Made by a program: the position numbers and the translations under genes
Part shown: positions 41,593 to 51,547 of the stretch, piece by piece
Numbering within the stretch: the first letter of the stretch is position 1
Layout of the letters: each line of letters begins with the position of its first letter
Notes under the pieces: model-generated
Seen by the model: only the letters and a program-made list of their open reading frames with translations
Told to the model about the DNA's origin: nothing
Database searches by the model: none
Source: Candidatus Omnitrophota bacterium
GTDB lineage: Bacteria > Omnitrophota > Gorgyraeia > Gygaellales > Profunditerraquicolaceae
Direction: 5' to 3'
Assembly: GCA_043809145.1 (NCBI GenBank)
Contig: JAZDED010000024.1
Span: forward strand, 1 to 61,887
DNA: 61,887 nt

Positions 41593-41883
41593 TTATGCAA
41601 TAATACTAAGAATCTCTTTTATTGGCTGACCGGGGAAAATACCCAATTGTCTGGCTGAATAAGTTACAGCAGTTGCCTTAGCCTTTAAGACATCTTCTAT
41701 ACAACCAACCCCTGTTACCTTTACAGCCACATCTTTGACCTTGCTTGCAGAGGACAAATTCAAATAACCGCACATAATATACCCTTTTCTTCCCTTAATC
41801 AGAATAAAAAACTTACTCTGAAGTCTAATCTGCCAGGCTTCTAATATCCCGCCTTTAATTCTTATTCTTTTATGTCTGCACAT
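41593..41883 (-). CDS. YunC/DUF1805 family protein
   Basis: KGYIMCGYLN, V.GV, A..LGI..G motifs. Confidence 0.8.
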   Translation of the reverse strand: MCRHKRIRIKGGILEAWQIRLQSKFFILIKGRKGYIMCGYLNLSSASKVKDVAVKVTGVGCIEDVLKAKATAVTYSARQLGIFPGQPIKEILSIIA

Positions 41884-41938
41884 TGAATCATTTAAACAAA
41901 TGTCTGACCGGTTAGTCAAATAGATTTCAAGTTGGGGT

Positions 41939-43918
41939 TTATTTCAATTTCTTGGCAATCCGACAGAAGACATCAACAATATTAGGGTCGAACTGGGTTC
42001 CCGAAGCCATCTTGATTATTTTAATTGCTTCTTCCTTGCTGAATGAATTCTTACGGTATGGCCGATGCGAAATTAACGCCTGATAGACATCGGCAATAGC
42101 GATAATGCGCGCTCCCAGCGGTATCTCTTCTGCTTTTAAGCCGTTAGGATAGCCCTTACCATCCCACCTTTCATGATGATAGAGTATGTACGGTATGATA
42201 CTATGCAGAAATTGAATAGGACGAATTATTTCCACGGCAATCTGCGGATGTTTTTTAATCTCGGCGAATTCGTTCTTGGAAAGCTTATCGGATTTCAAAA
42301 GAATCTTTTCACTAATACCGATTTTGCCCAAGTCATGCAGCATAGCCGCCTGCCTAATACGCTCAACCTCTTCGCGCGAGAGGCCCAAAGCATTGGCTAC
42401 CTCCGTAGCGTAACCTACGGTTCTCTCCACATGCTCTCCGGTATAATGATCTTTCAATTCAATGGTCTTGGCAAAGGCAAAAACCGCCTCAATAAGGCTT
42501 TGATTTGAACGCCTGGTCAATTTTTCTATCTTTTCTTCCAGGATGCTTATATCCTCTACGCTTTTAGCCTTCTTGGTCGAAAGCGATTCCTGAATCTTGA
42601 TATCCATCGAAGAATAAACTTTATTTCCTCCGTATTCCTTTACCTTGCTCAAGATAGAGTCTGCAGAACTAATTAACTCCATCCCAGAAAATATCTTATC
42701 TTCCGGGTAGGAAGATACGGCCATAGAGAGCTTTAGCTTAATCACATGCTGCTTATTTCCGAAATTGTCTAGGTTTAAAGCATCCAATAATCTTTCGCCC
42801 AGATTCACTGCCATAGCCCTATCTGAACCCGGAGAAATAATCACAAATTCTTCCCCGCCCATACGAATAGCAATGTCATATTTACGCACCATTTTCCTCA
42901 ACTGCTGCGCAAGCTGTTTTAGGGTCAGGTCGCCGAATTGATGCCCGTATACGTCATTTACAGATTTAAAGTAATCAATATCCATCATCAGCGCTGAAAT
43001 AGGATGGCCGTAGCGACGGGCGCGATAAAACTCAGCCTCAATAATCTCTTGTAAATATCGATAATTATAAAGCCCGGTATGCGCATCGCATAACGCCAGC
43101 TTCTTCAGGCGCTTATTACTCTTTAATAAATCTTGGTTCAGCCTTTCAATCTTTTCCTGGTCGTGCCTGCGCTCGGAGATATCCCTGACAACAACTAAAT
43201 TGGCGCGTTTTCCTTTATAGACAATCAAACGCGCGCTCAGTTCAACAAAAATATCCTTATTCGACTTGTGACGAATAACAGTAGAATAAATTGCTTCTGT
43301 TCCAGATCCGTTCATACGTTTACGGTAATGCTCATTTATCTTTTTAGCCTCTGACGCACTAAAAATCCTGTTAAAAGACGCCTCAAGCAATTCCCGCTGA
43401 GCATAACCGCATAACTCCGACATCCGAGGATTCAGGTATTTTATCAGCCCATCGCTGACTATTAAAATACCATCATTAGCCCCTTCTACTGTCTGACGAT
43501 ACTTCTCTTCGCTCTCCCGTAAAGCCTTGTCAGAATCCTGGCACCTGGTAATATTTTCATAGATAGCCACAATTCTCTTCTCGCTCAACTTATCACCGAT
43601 AATCGAGGCCGTGACCCGGCAGAGTATATCTTGCCCATCTTTATGGCGGCAATAATACTCTTTGGAATAGTTGTTCTGATTCTCCAATACACGGTAAAAA
43701 TCAATACCAATATCATGAAATTCTTGTTTGCTGCGATAAAGAATCCGGGTACTCTTGCCTACTAATTCCTCAGGCTTATACCCAAAAACATTCTCTACGC
43801 CGCTGTTGGCATAGGTAATATTACGTTCATGTAGGACTAATACCGCGCAGGAAAAGGCATTTAAAGCGGAGAGCTCCACAAACCTGGTATGTTTATTCGT
43901 ATATTTCTTTTCTCTCAT
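41939..43918 (-). CDS. PAS-PAS-GGDEF-HD-GYP c-di-GMP enzyme
   Basis: Two PAS/PAC domains, GGEEF with RxxD I-site (RKYD), LHDLGK and HHERWDGKGYP. Confidence 0.92.
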   Translation of the reverse strand: MREKKYTNKHTRFVELSALNAFSCAVLVLHERNITYANSGVENVFGYKPEELVGKSTRILYRSKQEFHDIGIDFYRVLENQNNYSKEYYCRHKDGQDILCRVTASIIGDKLSEKRIVAIYENITRCQDSDKALRESEEKYRQTVEGANDGILIVSDGLIKYLNPRMSELCGYAQRELLEASFNRIFSASEAKKINEHYRKRMNGSGTEAIYSTVIRHKSNKDIFVELSARLIVYKGKRANLVVVRDISERRHDQEKIERLNQDLLKSNKRLKKLALCDAHTGLYNYRYLQEIIEAEFYRARRYGHPISALMMDIDYFKSVNDVYGHQFGDLTLKQLAQQLRKMVRKYDIAIRMGGEEFVIISPGSDRAMAVNLGERLLDALNLDNFGNKQHVIKLKLSMAVSSYPEDKIFSGMELISSADSILSKVKEYGGNKVYSSMDIKIQESLSTKKAKSVEDISILEEKIEKLTRRSNQSLIEAVFAFAKTIELKDHYTGEHVERTVGYATEVANALGLSREEVERIRQAAMLHDLGKIGISEKILLKSDKLSKNEFAEIKKHPQIAVEIIRPIQFLHSIIPYILYHHERWDGKGYPNGLKAEEIPLGARIIAIADVYQALISHRPYRKNSFSKEEAIKIIKMASGTQFDPNIVDVFCRIAKKLK

Positions 43919-43934
43919 TTTAATTAGATATATA

Positions 43935-43984
43935 TTTAAAATAAAAGGGCAACTTTCCCCTGAAAATTGCCGCACCTTTTATTT
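43935..43984 (-). terminator. Terminator-like hairpin in leader of the GGDEF/HD-GYP gene
   Basis: GGCAATTTTC-AGGG-GAAAGTTGCC then CTTTTATTTT on the minus strand, about 20 nt before ATG 43918. Confidence 0.5.
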
Positions 43985-44093
43985 CTAAGGTTAAATTGCG
44001 CTATTTCCCTAGCCGCAGCGTATTAGGTTATAATTCTAACATATATTCTACTGCTTGTCAAACTCACACAGTCAATCAAACCTCTAATCTTGT

Positions 44094-44155
44094 TATTAGG
44101 GACAGCGACTATTTTTTCCAATATAACTATAGAAAAATAGTCGCTGTCCCTAATA
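44094..44155. repeat. REP-like inverted-repeat element, copy 2
   Basis: 23-bp perfect arms TATTAGGGACAGCGACTATTTTT/AAAAATAGTCGCTGTCCCTAATA directly after the CsgG-family stop codon. Confidence 0.85.
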
Positions 44156-44884
44156 TTAATATTTATAGTAACCTTGTGGTACAGCCTGGGCAATATAGCG
44201 TATTGCTTCTATAATACAAACCCGGATCGCCTTCTCCATTGGAGTATTTGCATAACCCGATAAACCAACACCCAATGACCACTTACTTAAGAATCCAATA
44301 CCGATCCCTCCGGCAATATCACTGGCCTGACCTTGAACGCGCGTAGAAGCAAGAATCTCCGAAGAGGATGTATCGATTATACGAATATCCAACGCCATAT
44401 GCGCCTTATTTAACGAGCCTCCCAGGCCAATACCCAATAATCCTTTGCCGATTTTACTTCCACCACCAATACCTGCAGCTCCACCCGATGCCTGCGGTTC
44501 AAACTCGGTAACTGCCGCGCTAACCATAAGGTCTGCAGTTTTGATATTGCCCCGCTGCGGCCCGCTTCCAGGCTGGGCTGCGCCTGAAGCAGCCAGTTGC
44601 TGCTCCTGCATTACTGCGTTAAGTACCTGGCGTTCCACCACGCTGAAACGGTTACTGTTAACCAATGCCGTTACCAGCATCTCTCTCAGGCCGCTGCCGA
44701 TCTGGTTATCAGCCTTGGCTGCCTTAACATCAAAATCAGCAATGGCTATCCTGGCTTTAGGCCCAGAGTAGTTTGGCAAGGCCTGGGTGCCGGCATTATT
44801 ATCAACTTGGGCCGTAGGCTGCATACCTGCATAGGCTAAAGTTGAACAAAAAATAAACAAAAGAAAAATGATCTGCTGTTTCAT
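44156..44884 (-). CDS. CsgG/HfaB family exported protein
   Basis: Signal peptide, RIAIADF, NRFSVVER, A.TEFE, Gly-rich loops, DIRIIDT..SEI. Confidence 0.82.
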   Translation of the reverse strand: MKQQIIFLLFIFCSTLAYAGMQPTAQVDNNAGTQALPNYSGPKARIAIADFDVKAAKADNQIGSGLREMLVTALVNSNRFSVVERQVLNAVMQEQQLAASGAAQPGSGPQRGNIKTADLMVSAAVTEFEPQASGGAAGIGGGSKIGKGLLGIGLGGSLNKAHMALDIRIIDTSSSEILASTRVQGQASDIAGGIGIGFLSKWSLGVGLSGYANTPMEKAIRVCIIEAIRYIAQAVPQGYYKY

Positions 44885-44898
44885 ACTTTTTCCTTTCT

Positions 44899-45171
44899 TT
44901 AGATTCTATTAAAAAACATCAATATACCAATAATAACAAAAACTGTCCCACCTATGTATTTAATCAGATCGGGTTTAATATATCTACCTAACATAGAACC
45001 CAAAAAAACAGTAATTAATGTAACCAGCATATAGGCAGCAACTGACCCTAGCCATACAGTCCAGGGATGGCCAGACCTGCTAGAAAGGCCCATTCCTACA
45101 ATTTGAGTCTTATCTGCAAGCTCAGCCAGGAATATCGCGCTAAAAGTAGCTACAAAAATCTTCCCAAACAT
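44899..45171 (-). CDS. TMEM165/GDT1 (UPF0016) family, single-repeat form
   Basis: FLAELADKTQ motif, three TM helices, 90 aa. Confidence 0.85.
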   Translation of the reverse strand: MFGKIFVATFSAIFLAELADKTQIVGMGLSSRSGHPWTVWLGSVAAYMLVTLITVFLGSMLGRYIKPDLIKYIGGTVFVIIGILMFFNRI

Positions 45172-45193
45172 ATATCACCTCAATCAAGTTTTA

Positions 45194-48100
45194 TTATTGT
45201 TTCTCTTTTCTTTCTGTGGCGATCTTTTCTGCTAATTCCTTAGGAACCTGAGAATACTTTTTAAATTCCATGGAAGCGCTTGCCCTGCCGCTGCTTAAGG
45301 AGCGAACATTAGTAGTATAGCCAAACATCTCTGAAAGCGGAACCTCGGCAGAAATAACCTTCTGCCCTGACTTAGTCTCCATATTTAAGATTTTACCCCG
45401 GCGTGAACATATATAACCGACAATACTGTTTAATGATTCCTCCGGGGTAGTCACCTCTAAGGCCATGTAAGGCTCAAGCAATACCGGCTCGGCTTTCAGA
45501 AAAGCTTCCTTAAAACCCATGCTAGCAGCAATCTTAAATGCAAGTTCCGAAGAATCAACATCATGAAAAGAACCATCTACCAGGCTTACGCTTACATCCA
45601 CAATTGGATAACCGGCATATGCCCCTTTTTGCATGGCTTCCACTATACCTTTTTCTACCGAGGGTATAAATGATTGCGGTATGGCTCCGCCTTTAATGCT
45701 ATTTATAAATTCAAAACCTTTGCCGGGATTAGAGGATATTTCCAGTACAACATGCCCGTACTGGCCGCGCCCTCCAGTCTGACGCACATACTTGCTCTCG
45801 GCAGAACTAGATTTGAGAATCGTCTCGCGAAAAGCAACCTTAGGCTGTCCGATAACCGCCTCTACTCCAAACTCTTCTTTAAGCCTATCTACTATTATCT
45901 CCAAATGCAATTCCCCCATACCCATAAGAATAGTCTCCTTGGTTTCTTCATCACTCTGCACCAAGAATGTGGGATCCTCTTCGGTTAACTTCGCCAACCC
46001 CTTGGCCATTTTATCCTGTTCTTTGCGGCTCTTGGGGGCAATACTTAAAGAAACTACAGGTATTGGAAATTTAATTGACTCCAATAAGATATGGTTATCC
46101 AGGTCACAGAGAGTATCACCGGTTATTGTATTGGTAAGCCCGATTAATCCCACGATATCTCCAGCAAAGGCATTTTCAATATTCTCCTTCTGGTTAGCAT
46201 GCATCATCACAATCCTGCCAATGCGCTCTCTTTTATTCCGAGTGGAATTAAAAACATAAGAACCGGTACGCAAAACCCCGGAATATACCCGGGTATAAAC
46301 CAACTTACCCATATGTGGATCAGCCTGAATCTTAAAAGCTAAAGCAACCAAAGGTTCTGATGATTCCGGACGGCGCAAAATAACTTTTTCCGAATCCTGA
46401 GGATCATATCCGCGCACAGCGGTTATCTCTAAAGGAGAAGGTAGATAATCAATAACAGCGTCTAAAAGCTTCTGCACTCCCTTGTTCTTAAAAGAAGACC
46501 CGCAGACAACCGGGACTGCCTTATTGGAAACGGTCCCTTTACGTATTGCCGGAATAAGATCCTCTTTGGTTATTGATTCTTCCGATTCCAGGAATTTTTT
46601 AGTCAAATTGTCATCAAAGACAGCCGCCTTCTCAATCATGATATGGCGGTATTCTTGAGCTTTCTCCAGTAAATCCTGCGGAATATCCTCGATAATAAAT
46701 TCCTTGCCCTGGGATTCTTCCTGGTAAATACAAGCTTTCATCTCTACAAGATCAATGATGCCGCGGAATTGACTCTCTGCGCCTAAGGGAATTTCTAGCG
46801 GTATACAATTAGCGCTTAATCTTTCTTCCATCGCCTTAAGCACGCCGTAAAAATCCGCGCCGGCGCGGTCCATTTTATTAATAAAGGCGACTTTAGGCAC
46901 ATGATATTTATCCGACTGACGCCAGACGGTTTCAGATTGCGGCTCAACCCCTCCTACGGCGCAAAATACAGCAATAACCCCATCAAGTACCCTTAAGGAT
47001 CGCTCGACTTCAACGGTAAAATCTACGTGTCCCGGAGTATCGATAATATTAATACGATAGTCTCGCCAATAGCATGTCGTCGCAGCAGAAGTAATGGTAA
47101 TCCCACGTTCCTGTTCCTGTTTCATCCAATCCATTTGCGCCTTACCGTCATGTACCTCTCCTATTTTATAGGAACGCCCTGTATAAAATAATATTCTTTC
47201 AGTTGTAGTAGTCTTTCCGGCATCAATATGTGCAATAATCCCGATATTCCTGACCTTTCCCAACTCAATGCGAGCAACGGGAATGGCTTCTTTTTTAGTA
47301 ACCGGGTGCTTTTTTTCTTTGGGCGTGTTTTTTGTAGTTTTAGTTTCAGAAGATAATTTATCCTTCTCGCCTTGCTCATCTTTTATTTGCGGCTGGCTAA
47401 CAACCTCAGGTATTATTTCCTTATCTTCAATTACTGGTGCGGAAACTGGCTCTGCTACGGAAACCAAATCTGCAGATAGCGGCTCTGCGGGCGATTGCTC
47501 AACAGGTGCTTGTTCTATTTTTAGCTGCTCAAGCGGTTTTTCTACCTCTTGCGCAAGCACCAGATCATCTTTTACAGTTAAATCCTTGGCACTACCAGCT
47601 TCCTTAGTTTTATTCTTTGTTTTTGCTAATTCCTCTAATAATGACCTTAATTTATCTTCCTTAGACTCCAGATCCTTCTCTAGAATAGTATACTCCTCAT
47701 TTAACTGATTGAATTCTTTTTTAAGTTGTACATGCGCGTCTTTGGCTACCCAATCGCTCTTCTCCTGCTTCCTGTTTATCTCAACTATCTCACCTTTGAG
47801 CGCCTGAAGGTCTGTATTTTTTTGCTGCAGGGCCTTGGCATGGCCTTCAAGCTGGTGCTTCAGGCTTTCAATCTCATCTGCCTTCTTCCTATTCTCCTCT
47901 TCTAATTTCTGGCAGGCCTCTTTGGACTCTCGGAACTCTTTATTGGAATTAACATTTTTAGAAAACTCCTCCTCCAACTCTTTCTCTTTAAGGATTAACT
48001 TCTGTTCTAACCCCTTCTTATCCAAGCCTGAACTCTTTAGTATCCCTTCATTATTTTTAATCCACTCATCCCGCTTAGCAAGCTGTTCCTTTAAAATATC

Positions 48101-48322
48101 TTCCCGCTCCTTGGCTTCATTTAACTTGCGCTTTGCAGCTTCATAATCTGCGGTTATCTTCTCCAATTCAAATCTGAGTGGCACACTGGCATCAGGTAAT
48201 TTAACTGTTTCATTAATCACAGGTCCAAGACGGGGCAACTTATCTTTAACCCCGAACATAGACAAGGCGTATACCACCAGGCCTAAACCAGTTATAACTA
48301 AAACAGCAATAATAACCAGCAT
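45194..48322 (-). CDS. fusA: Elongation factor G paralogue with N-terminal TM anchor and coiled coil
   Basis: From about aa 350: [45 protein letters not shown]; aa 1-22 hydrophobic; aa about 50-245 E/K/Q/L-rich; AGGAG RBS. Confidence 0.88.
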   Translation of the reverse strand: MLVIIAVLVITGLGLVVYALSMFGVKDKLPRLGPVINETVKLPDASVPLRFELEKITADYEAAKRKLNEAKEREDILKEQLAKRDEWIKNNEGILKSSGLDKKGLEQKLILKEKELEEEFSKNVNSNKEFRESKEACQKLEEENRKKADEIESLKHQLEGHAKALQQKNTDLQALKGEIVEINRKQEKSDWVAKDAHVQLKKEFNQLNEEYTILEKDLESKEDKLRSLLEELAKTKNKTKEAGSAKDLTVKDDLVLAQEVEKPLEQLKIEQAPVEQSPAEPLSADLVSVAEPVSAPVIEDKEIIPEVVSQPQIKDEQGEKDKLSSETKTTKNTPKEKKHPVTKKEAIPVARIELGKVRNIGIIAHIDAGKTTTTERILFYTGRSYKIGEVHDGKAQMDWMKQEQERGITITSAATTCYWRDYRINIIDTPGHVDFTVEVERSLRVLDGVIAVFCAVGGVEPQSETVWRQSDKYHVPKVAFINKMDRAGADFYGVLKAMEERLSANCIPLEIPLGAESQFRGIIDLVEMKACIYQEESQGKEFIIEDIPQDLLEKAQEYRHIMIEKAAVFDDNLTKKFLESEESITKEDLIPAIRKGTVSNKAVPVVCGSSFKNKGVQKLLDAVIDYLPSPLEITAVRGYDPQDSEKVILRRPESSEPLVALAFKIQADPHMGKLVYTRVYSGVLRTGSYVFNSTRNKRERIGRIVMMHANQKENIENAFAGDIVGLIGLTNTITGDTLCDLDNHILLESIKFPIPVVSLSIAPKSRKEQDKMAKGLAKLTEEDPTFLVQSDEETKETILMGMGELHLEIIVDRLKEEFGVEAVIGQPKVAFRETILKSSSAESKYVRQTGGRGQYGHVVLEISSNPGKGFEFINSIKGGAIPQSFIPSVEKGIVEAMQKGAYAGYPIVDVSVSLVDGSFHDVDSSELAFKIAASMGFKEAFLKAEPVLLEPYMALEVTTPEESLNSIVGYICSRRGKILNMETKSGQKVISAEVPLSEMFGYTTNVRSLSSGRASASMEFKKYSQVPKELAEKIATERKEKQ

Positions 48323-48351
48323 CTAATTCTCCTGACTCCTACTTGAAATTA

Positions 48352-48771
48352 TCAATCTTCTCTTTCAAAAACAAAATATGGGCCCATCCTCAAATCAATC
48401 CAGGGCAAGATAGTCACACAATCCACATATCCAGCAATTTCAATCTTAGGCACAGGTGTATTTTTTGCCGGTTTAGGCCCGGGTTTTATCTTCTTGAAAC
48501 CTCCTGTCATATCTACTGAACCAGGAATATAAACAATATAACCCAAATAATAAGTAACTAGCCCCTTTTTTATCTCTTGCTTACTATAGCCGTTTCCAAT
48601 AAACCCGACTAACTCCTGATAATTCGCATCCTTTAATTTAGCTATTGTTTCATTGATAATTTTGTTGGCTACCGGAGTTCTCACTCCCGCTTTAATATTT
48701 ATTCCGACAATCAAGCCTATAATAGTTATAATTACCAAAATTAATATAGCAATTTTCATAAAATAAACCAT
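48352..48771 (-). CDS. Hypothetical membrane-anchored or exported protein
   Basis: N-terminal hydrophobic helix; 29 bp upstream of the EF-G fusion. Confidence 0.65.
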   Translation of the reverse strand: MVYFMKIAILILVIITIIGLIVGINIKAGVRTPVANKIINETIAKLKDANYQELVGFIGNGYSKQEIKKGLVTYYLGYIVYIPGSVDMTGGFKKIKPGPKPAKNTPVPKIEIAGYVDCVTILPWIDLRMGPYFVFERED

Positions 48772-48776
48772 GCCTC

Positions 48777-48914
48777 TGGCGTTTATGGATTATTTTACTC
48801 CGCACAATGTGCGGAGTTATTCCCTAAAATTTATCCAGCCTTAATCTTAAGACAGCCTCTGGCTATTTGGCTTAAGATTATCCTGTCCTCCGGACAGGGC
48901 TTGGCGTTTATGGA
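48777..48914. repeat. Multi-hairpin element bounded by 13-bp direct repeats
   Basis: TGGCGTTTATGGA at 48777 and 48902; hairpins ACTCCGCAC/GTGCGGAGT, TAATCTTAAG/CTTAAGATTA, CCTGTCC/GGACAGG. Confidence 0.65.
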
Positions 48915-48944
48915 GTGTTCAAAATGCGGAATTGTAAAAAGCCT

Positions 48945-49370
48945 CTAACCTTTATCTGGAAAAACCCTCTTGATCATCTCTCTTTTTTCGCAGATACGTC
49001 TTTGAGCCTGCGCAAGATTCTTTAAGATGTCTTCTGCCTTAAGCGGTTTAATCAGGTATCCGCAGGCATTATTTTCAATAGCTTCAACACATTTATCCAC
49101 AGTAGAATAGCCAGTTACCATAATTACCTCGGCCTTAATATTGAATTCCCGGAACTTTTTTAAGAATTCAAATCCGTCCATATTGGGCATAACGATATCG
49201 CAATAAACAATATCGATATCATCCGACTTAACCTTATCTAACCCCTCCTGTCCATCACCGGCAGTAAAAACCTGATAGCCCCGGCGTTCCAGTATGCTTT
49301 TTATCCTTTCGCGGACATCCTGTTCATCATCTACTACCAGTATCTTTAATTTACTGCCCAGGATAGCCAA
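48945..49370 (-). CDS. Stand-alone response regulator receiver
   Basis: VVDDE, phospho-Asp in CDIVMP.MDG, TG, KP; TTG start. Confidence 0.92.
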   Translation of the reverse strand: MAILGSKLKILVVDDEQDVRERIKSILERRGYQVFTAGDGQEGLDKVKSDDIDIVYCDIVMPNMDGFEFLKKFREFNIKAEVIMVTGYSTVDKCVEAIENNACGYLIKPLKAEDILKNLAQAQRRICEKREMIKRVFPDKG

Positions 49371-49498
49371 GCTTTACCTCACTTATTAATAAGCTCACCC
49401 TTACGAGCTCAATACCTCTACATAAGTAAATAACAGGCCGCTTTTTTAGAACTAAAAGGGTATTTGCGGTGATCAAAAAGACTTTTCTTAAAAAAGGG

Positions 49499-49936
49499 TT
49501 ACTGTTGCGGCTGCTCTTTGGCTGAAAGCGCCCTCTTTAACATTTCCCTCTTTTGTTCAATACGTCTCTCAGCTTCAGATAGATTTTTGAGGATATCCTC
49601 GACATTCAAAGGCTTAATAAGGTAACCACAGGCATTCTGTTCTATTGATTCAACACAGCGATCCACTGTCGAACAACCGGTAACCATAATAAATTCCGTC
49701 TTAAGGTTAAATTCCTTTACCCTTTTCATAAACTCAATGCCATCCATATTGGGCATGACAATATCGCAGTAAACGATATCCACCTCTTCCTTCTTGAGTA
49801 TATCTAAACCCTCCTGTCCATCACCGGCAGTAAAAACCGTATGGCCCCTGCGCTGCAGGATATTTCTTATTCGCTCCCGAACATCATCCTCATCATCAAT
49901 AATTAATACTTTTAATTTACTTTTATTTTCTTCCAT
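49499..49936 (-). CDS. Stand-alone response regulator receiver (paralogue of previous gene)
   Basis: IIDDE, CDIVMPNMDG, TG, KP. Confidence 0.92.
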   Translation of the reverse strand: MEENKSKLKVLIIDDEDDVRERIRNILQRRGHTVFTAGDGQEGLDILKKEEVDIVYCDIVMPNMDGIEFMKRVKEFNLKTEFIMVTGCSTVDRCVESIEQNACGYLIKPLNVEDILKNLSEAERRIEQKREMLKRALSAKEQPQQ

Positions 49937-50013
49937 ATAGCTCTCCCTTTATTTATTTCTATCAAGTTCAATATATCAGTAAAACCAGGATAATTCAAGT
50001 CTTTTTAAAGCCC

Positions 50014-50529
50014 TCACTTCCTTCGAAGCTTCCTGGAACGGGTAATCAAATCCTGAATGTAGAAGGAAAAAAATCCGGCATATTTCTTTTGCAGAACAGG
50101 ATTCTTCCAATCGTTAGTAGTTATCCTGCCACGGCAGTTCTTTGCTTTACAGCGGCACTTAAAACTATAATTGAAATCCGCATCCGTCATGGCATAATCA
50201 TAGGTTATTTCTTCGCCTCTTTTAATATCACGCATTGCTACCATTAAAATCTGCCCCCTAATCCCGGCATTAGGATTACAGGAATGATTAAAAAAATCGT
50301 CGTCTTCTAACAATCCCATTTTAGAAGAAACCATATAAAATCCATCCGCGACCTTAGTAGCATAGTCGTCTATCTTCTTAAAAGCTGTACGGGACAATTT
50401 ATTATACTCACTCTGGGTAATAATATAACCTCCCCAAACTGCAATTACTTCGTCTTTTTTTATATCTTTAACCGCAAAGACGCCTTTACGGTTTATGCCC
50501 GAATAAGAAACCTTTACCTTATTATTCAT
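50014..50529 (-). CDS. SET-domain N-methyltransferase with post-SET Cys motif
   Basis: KGVFA, NHSCNPN, GEEITYDY, C.C....CRG. Confidence 0.92.
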   Translation of the reverse strand: MNNKVKVSYSGINRKGVFAVKDIKKDEVIAVWGGYIITQSEYNKLSRTAFKKIDDYATKVADGFYMVSSKMGLLEDDDFFNHSCNPNAGIRGQILMVAMRDIKRGEEITYDYAMTDADFNYSFKCRCKAKNCRGRITTNDWKNPVLQKKYAGFFSFYIQDLITRSRKLRRK

Positions 50530-50539
50530 GTATGAATGT

Positions 50540-51547
50540 TTAAGCATCCGCCAACTTTTTCTCAATTGTAATAGAATAATCTTTTAGCCGGTTCAAAATA
50601 TTCTTAAATAAATATTCTTGTTTTCCCAGTTCCTCCATAAACAACAACCCCTGACAGTTGACTTCCCCCTCTAACAGAAGATCCGCTACTACCGCCGGAA
50701 GCGCGCAAGTTACTTTCTGCATAGAGTTCATCGCCTCATTTCTGGAAGAAGAGCTTTTTACCAACCAGCGCACTTTATTGACGCTTGAGCTAAAATTAAG
50801 CTCGGCAAAAGTAATATTATCTGATTTTTTGCTCTCCAATATTCTTTTACTTGTGGCTAGATTTTTCAAACGAAAGAAACCATAGGATTCTAAATATTTA
50901 AAGAAATCCATAAAACCCCGAGGCCTTACTACACGATAGGAGAAATTACGTAACCCTTGATAATCCATAAGGTTCTCGAAGCCGCTTGCGCAATAATAAC
51001 TTTCTGCCTCCTGCCCAAAAAAACTCTCTCTTATATAGCCGGAAAAAGGAAAGCACTTTTTTTTCTTGCCTTTGAAAAACTGCCATGAAGACAATTTATG
51101 ACATAAAACAATATCTTCAAAACACCAAAGAAAAGGATAACAAAATTTACTTTTGGATAAAGAACCAGCCTTGATTTCAATCTCCCTTATATTCTTATTA
51201 TCCGCAAGCTCTCTGCCGATAATCGCATTCACTAAGCCAGGGCTAATACCGCAGCCGGGAATAACCAGGATGCCTTTTTTAGCAATAGCTTTTTCATACC
51301 TAAGATAAAACGGAGGATCGATATCAGATATATCAATTAAATTTTTACGGAATTTTAAAGCGGTTTTTAAACAATTCTCACCCAATGCTCCGGGTAATGC
51401 CCCGATAAGGATATCGTATTTAGAAACATCTTTATCCTCAGGGTAAAATGCTACCCTGCCAATACGGTGATTTTTTAATAAAAATTTAAAGACGCCCCGG
51501 GCAATCCGGCCGTCACCTAGAATAAGAACCTTGGATTTTGTTTTCAT
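50540..51547 (-). CDS. Saccharopine dehydrogenase / lysine 6-dehydrogenase-like oxidoreductase
   Basis: Rossmann LGDGRIA, ALPG, IDIS, GCGISPGL; ATGA overlap with speE. Confidence 0.78.
   Translation of the reverse strand: MKTKSKVLILGDGRIARGVFKFLLKNHRIGRVAFYPEDKDVSKYDILIGALPGALGENCLKTALKFRKNLIDISDIDPPFYLRYEKAIAKKGILVIPGCGISPGLVNAIIGRELADNKNIREIEIKAGSLSKSKFCYPFLWCFEDIVLCHKLSSWQFFKGKKKKCFPFSGYIRESFFGQEAESYYCASGFENLMDYQGLRNFSYRVVRPRGFMDFFKYLESYGFFRLKNLATSKRILESKKSDNITFAELNFSSSVNKVRWLVKSSSSRNEAMNSMQKVTCALPAVVADLLLEGEVNCQGLLFMEELGKQEYLFKNILNRLKDYSITIEKKLADA

Noticed and set aside
43935-44035. c-di-GMP-I or -II riboswitch
   Set aside because: Consensus elements are not recognisable; reported only as a possible attenuator.
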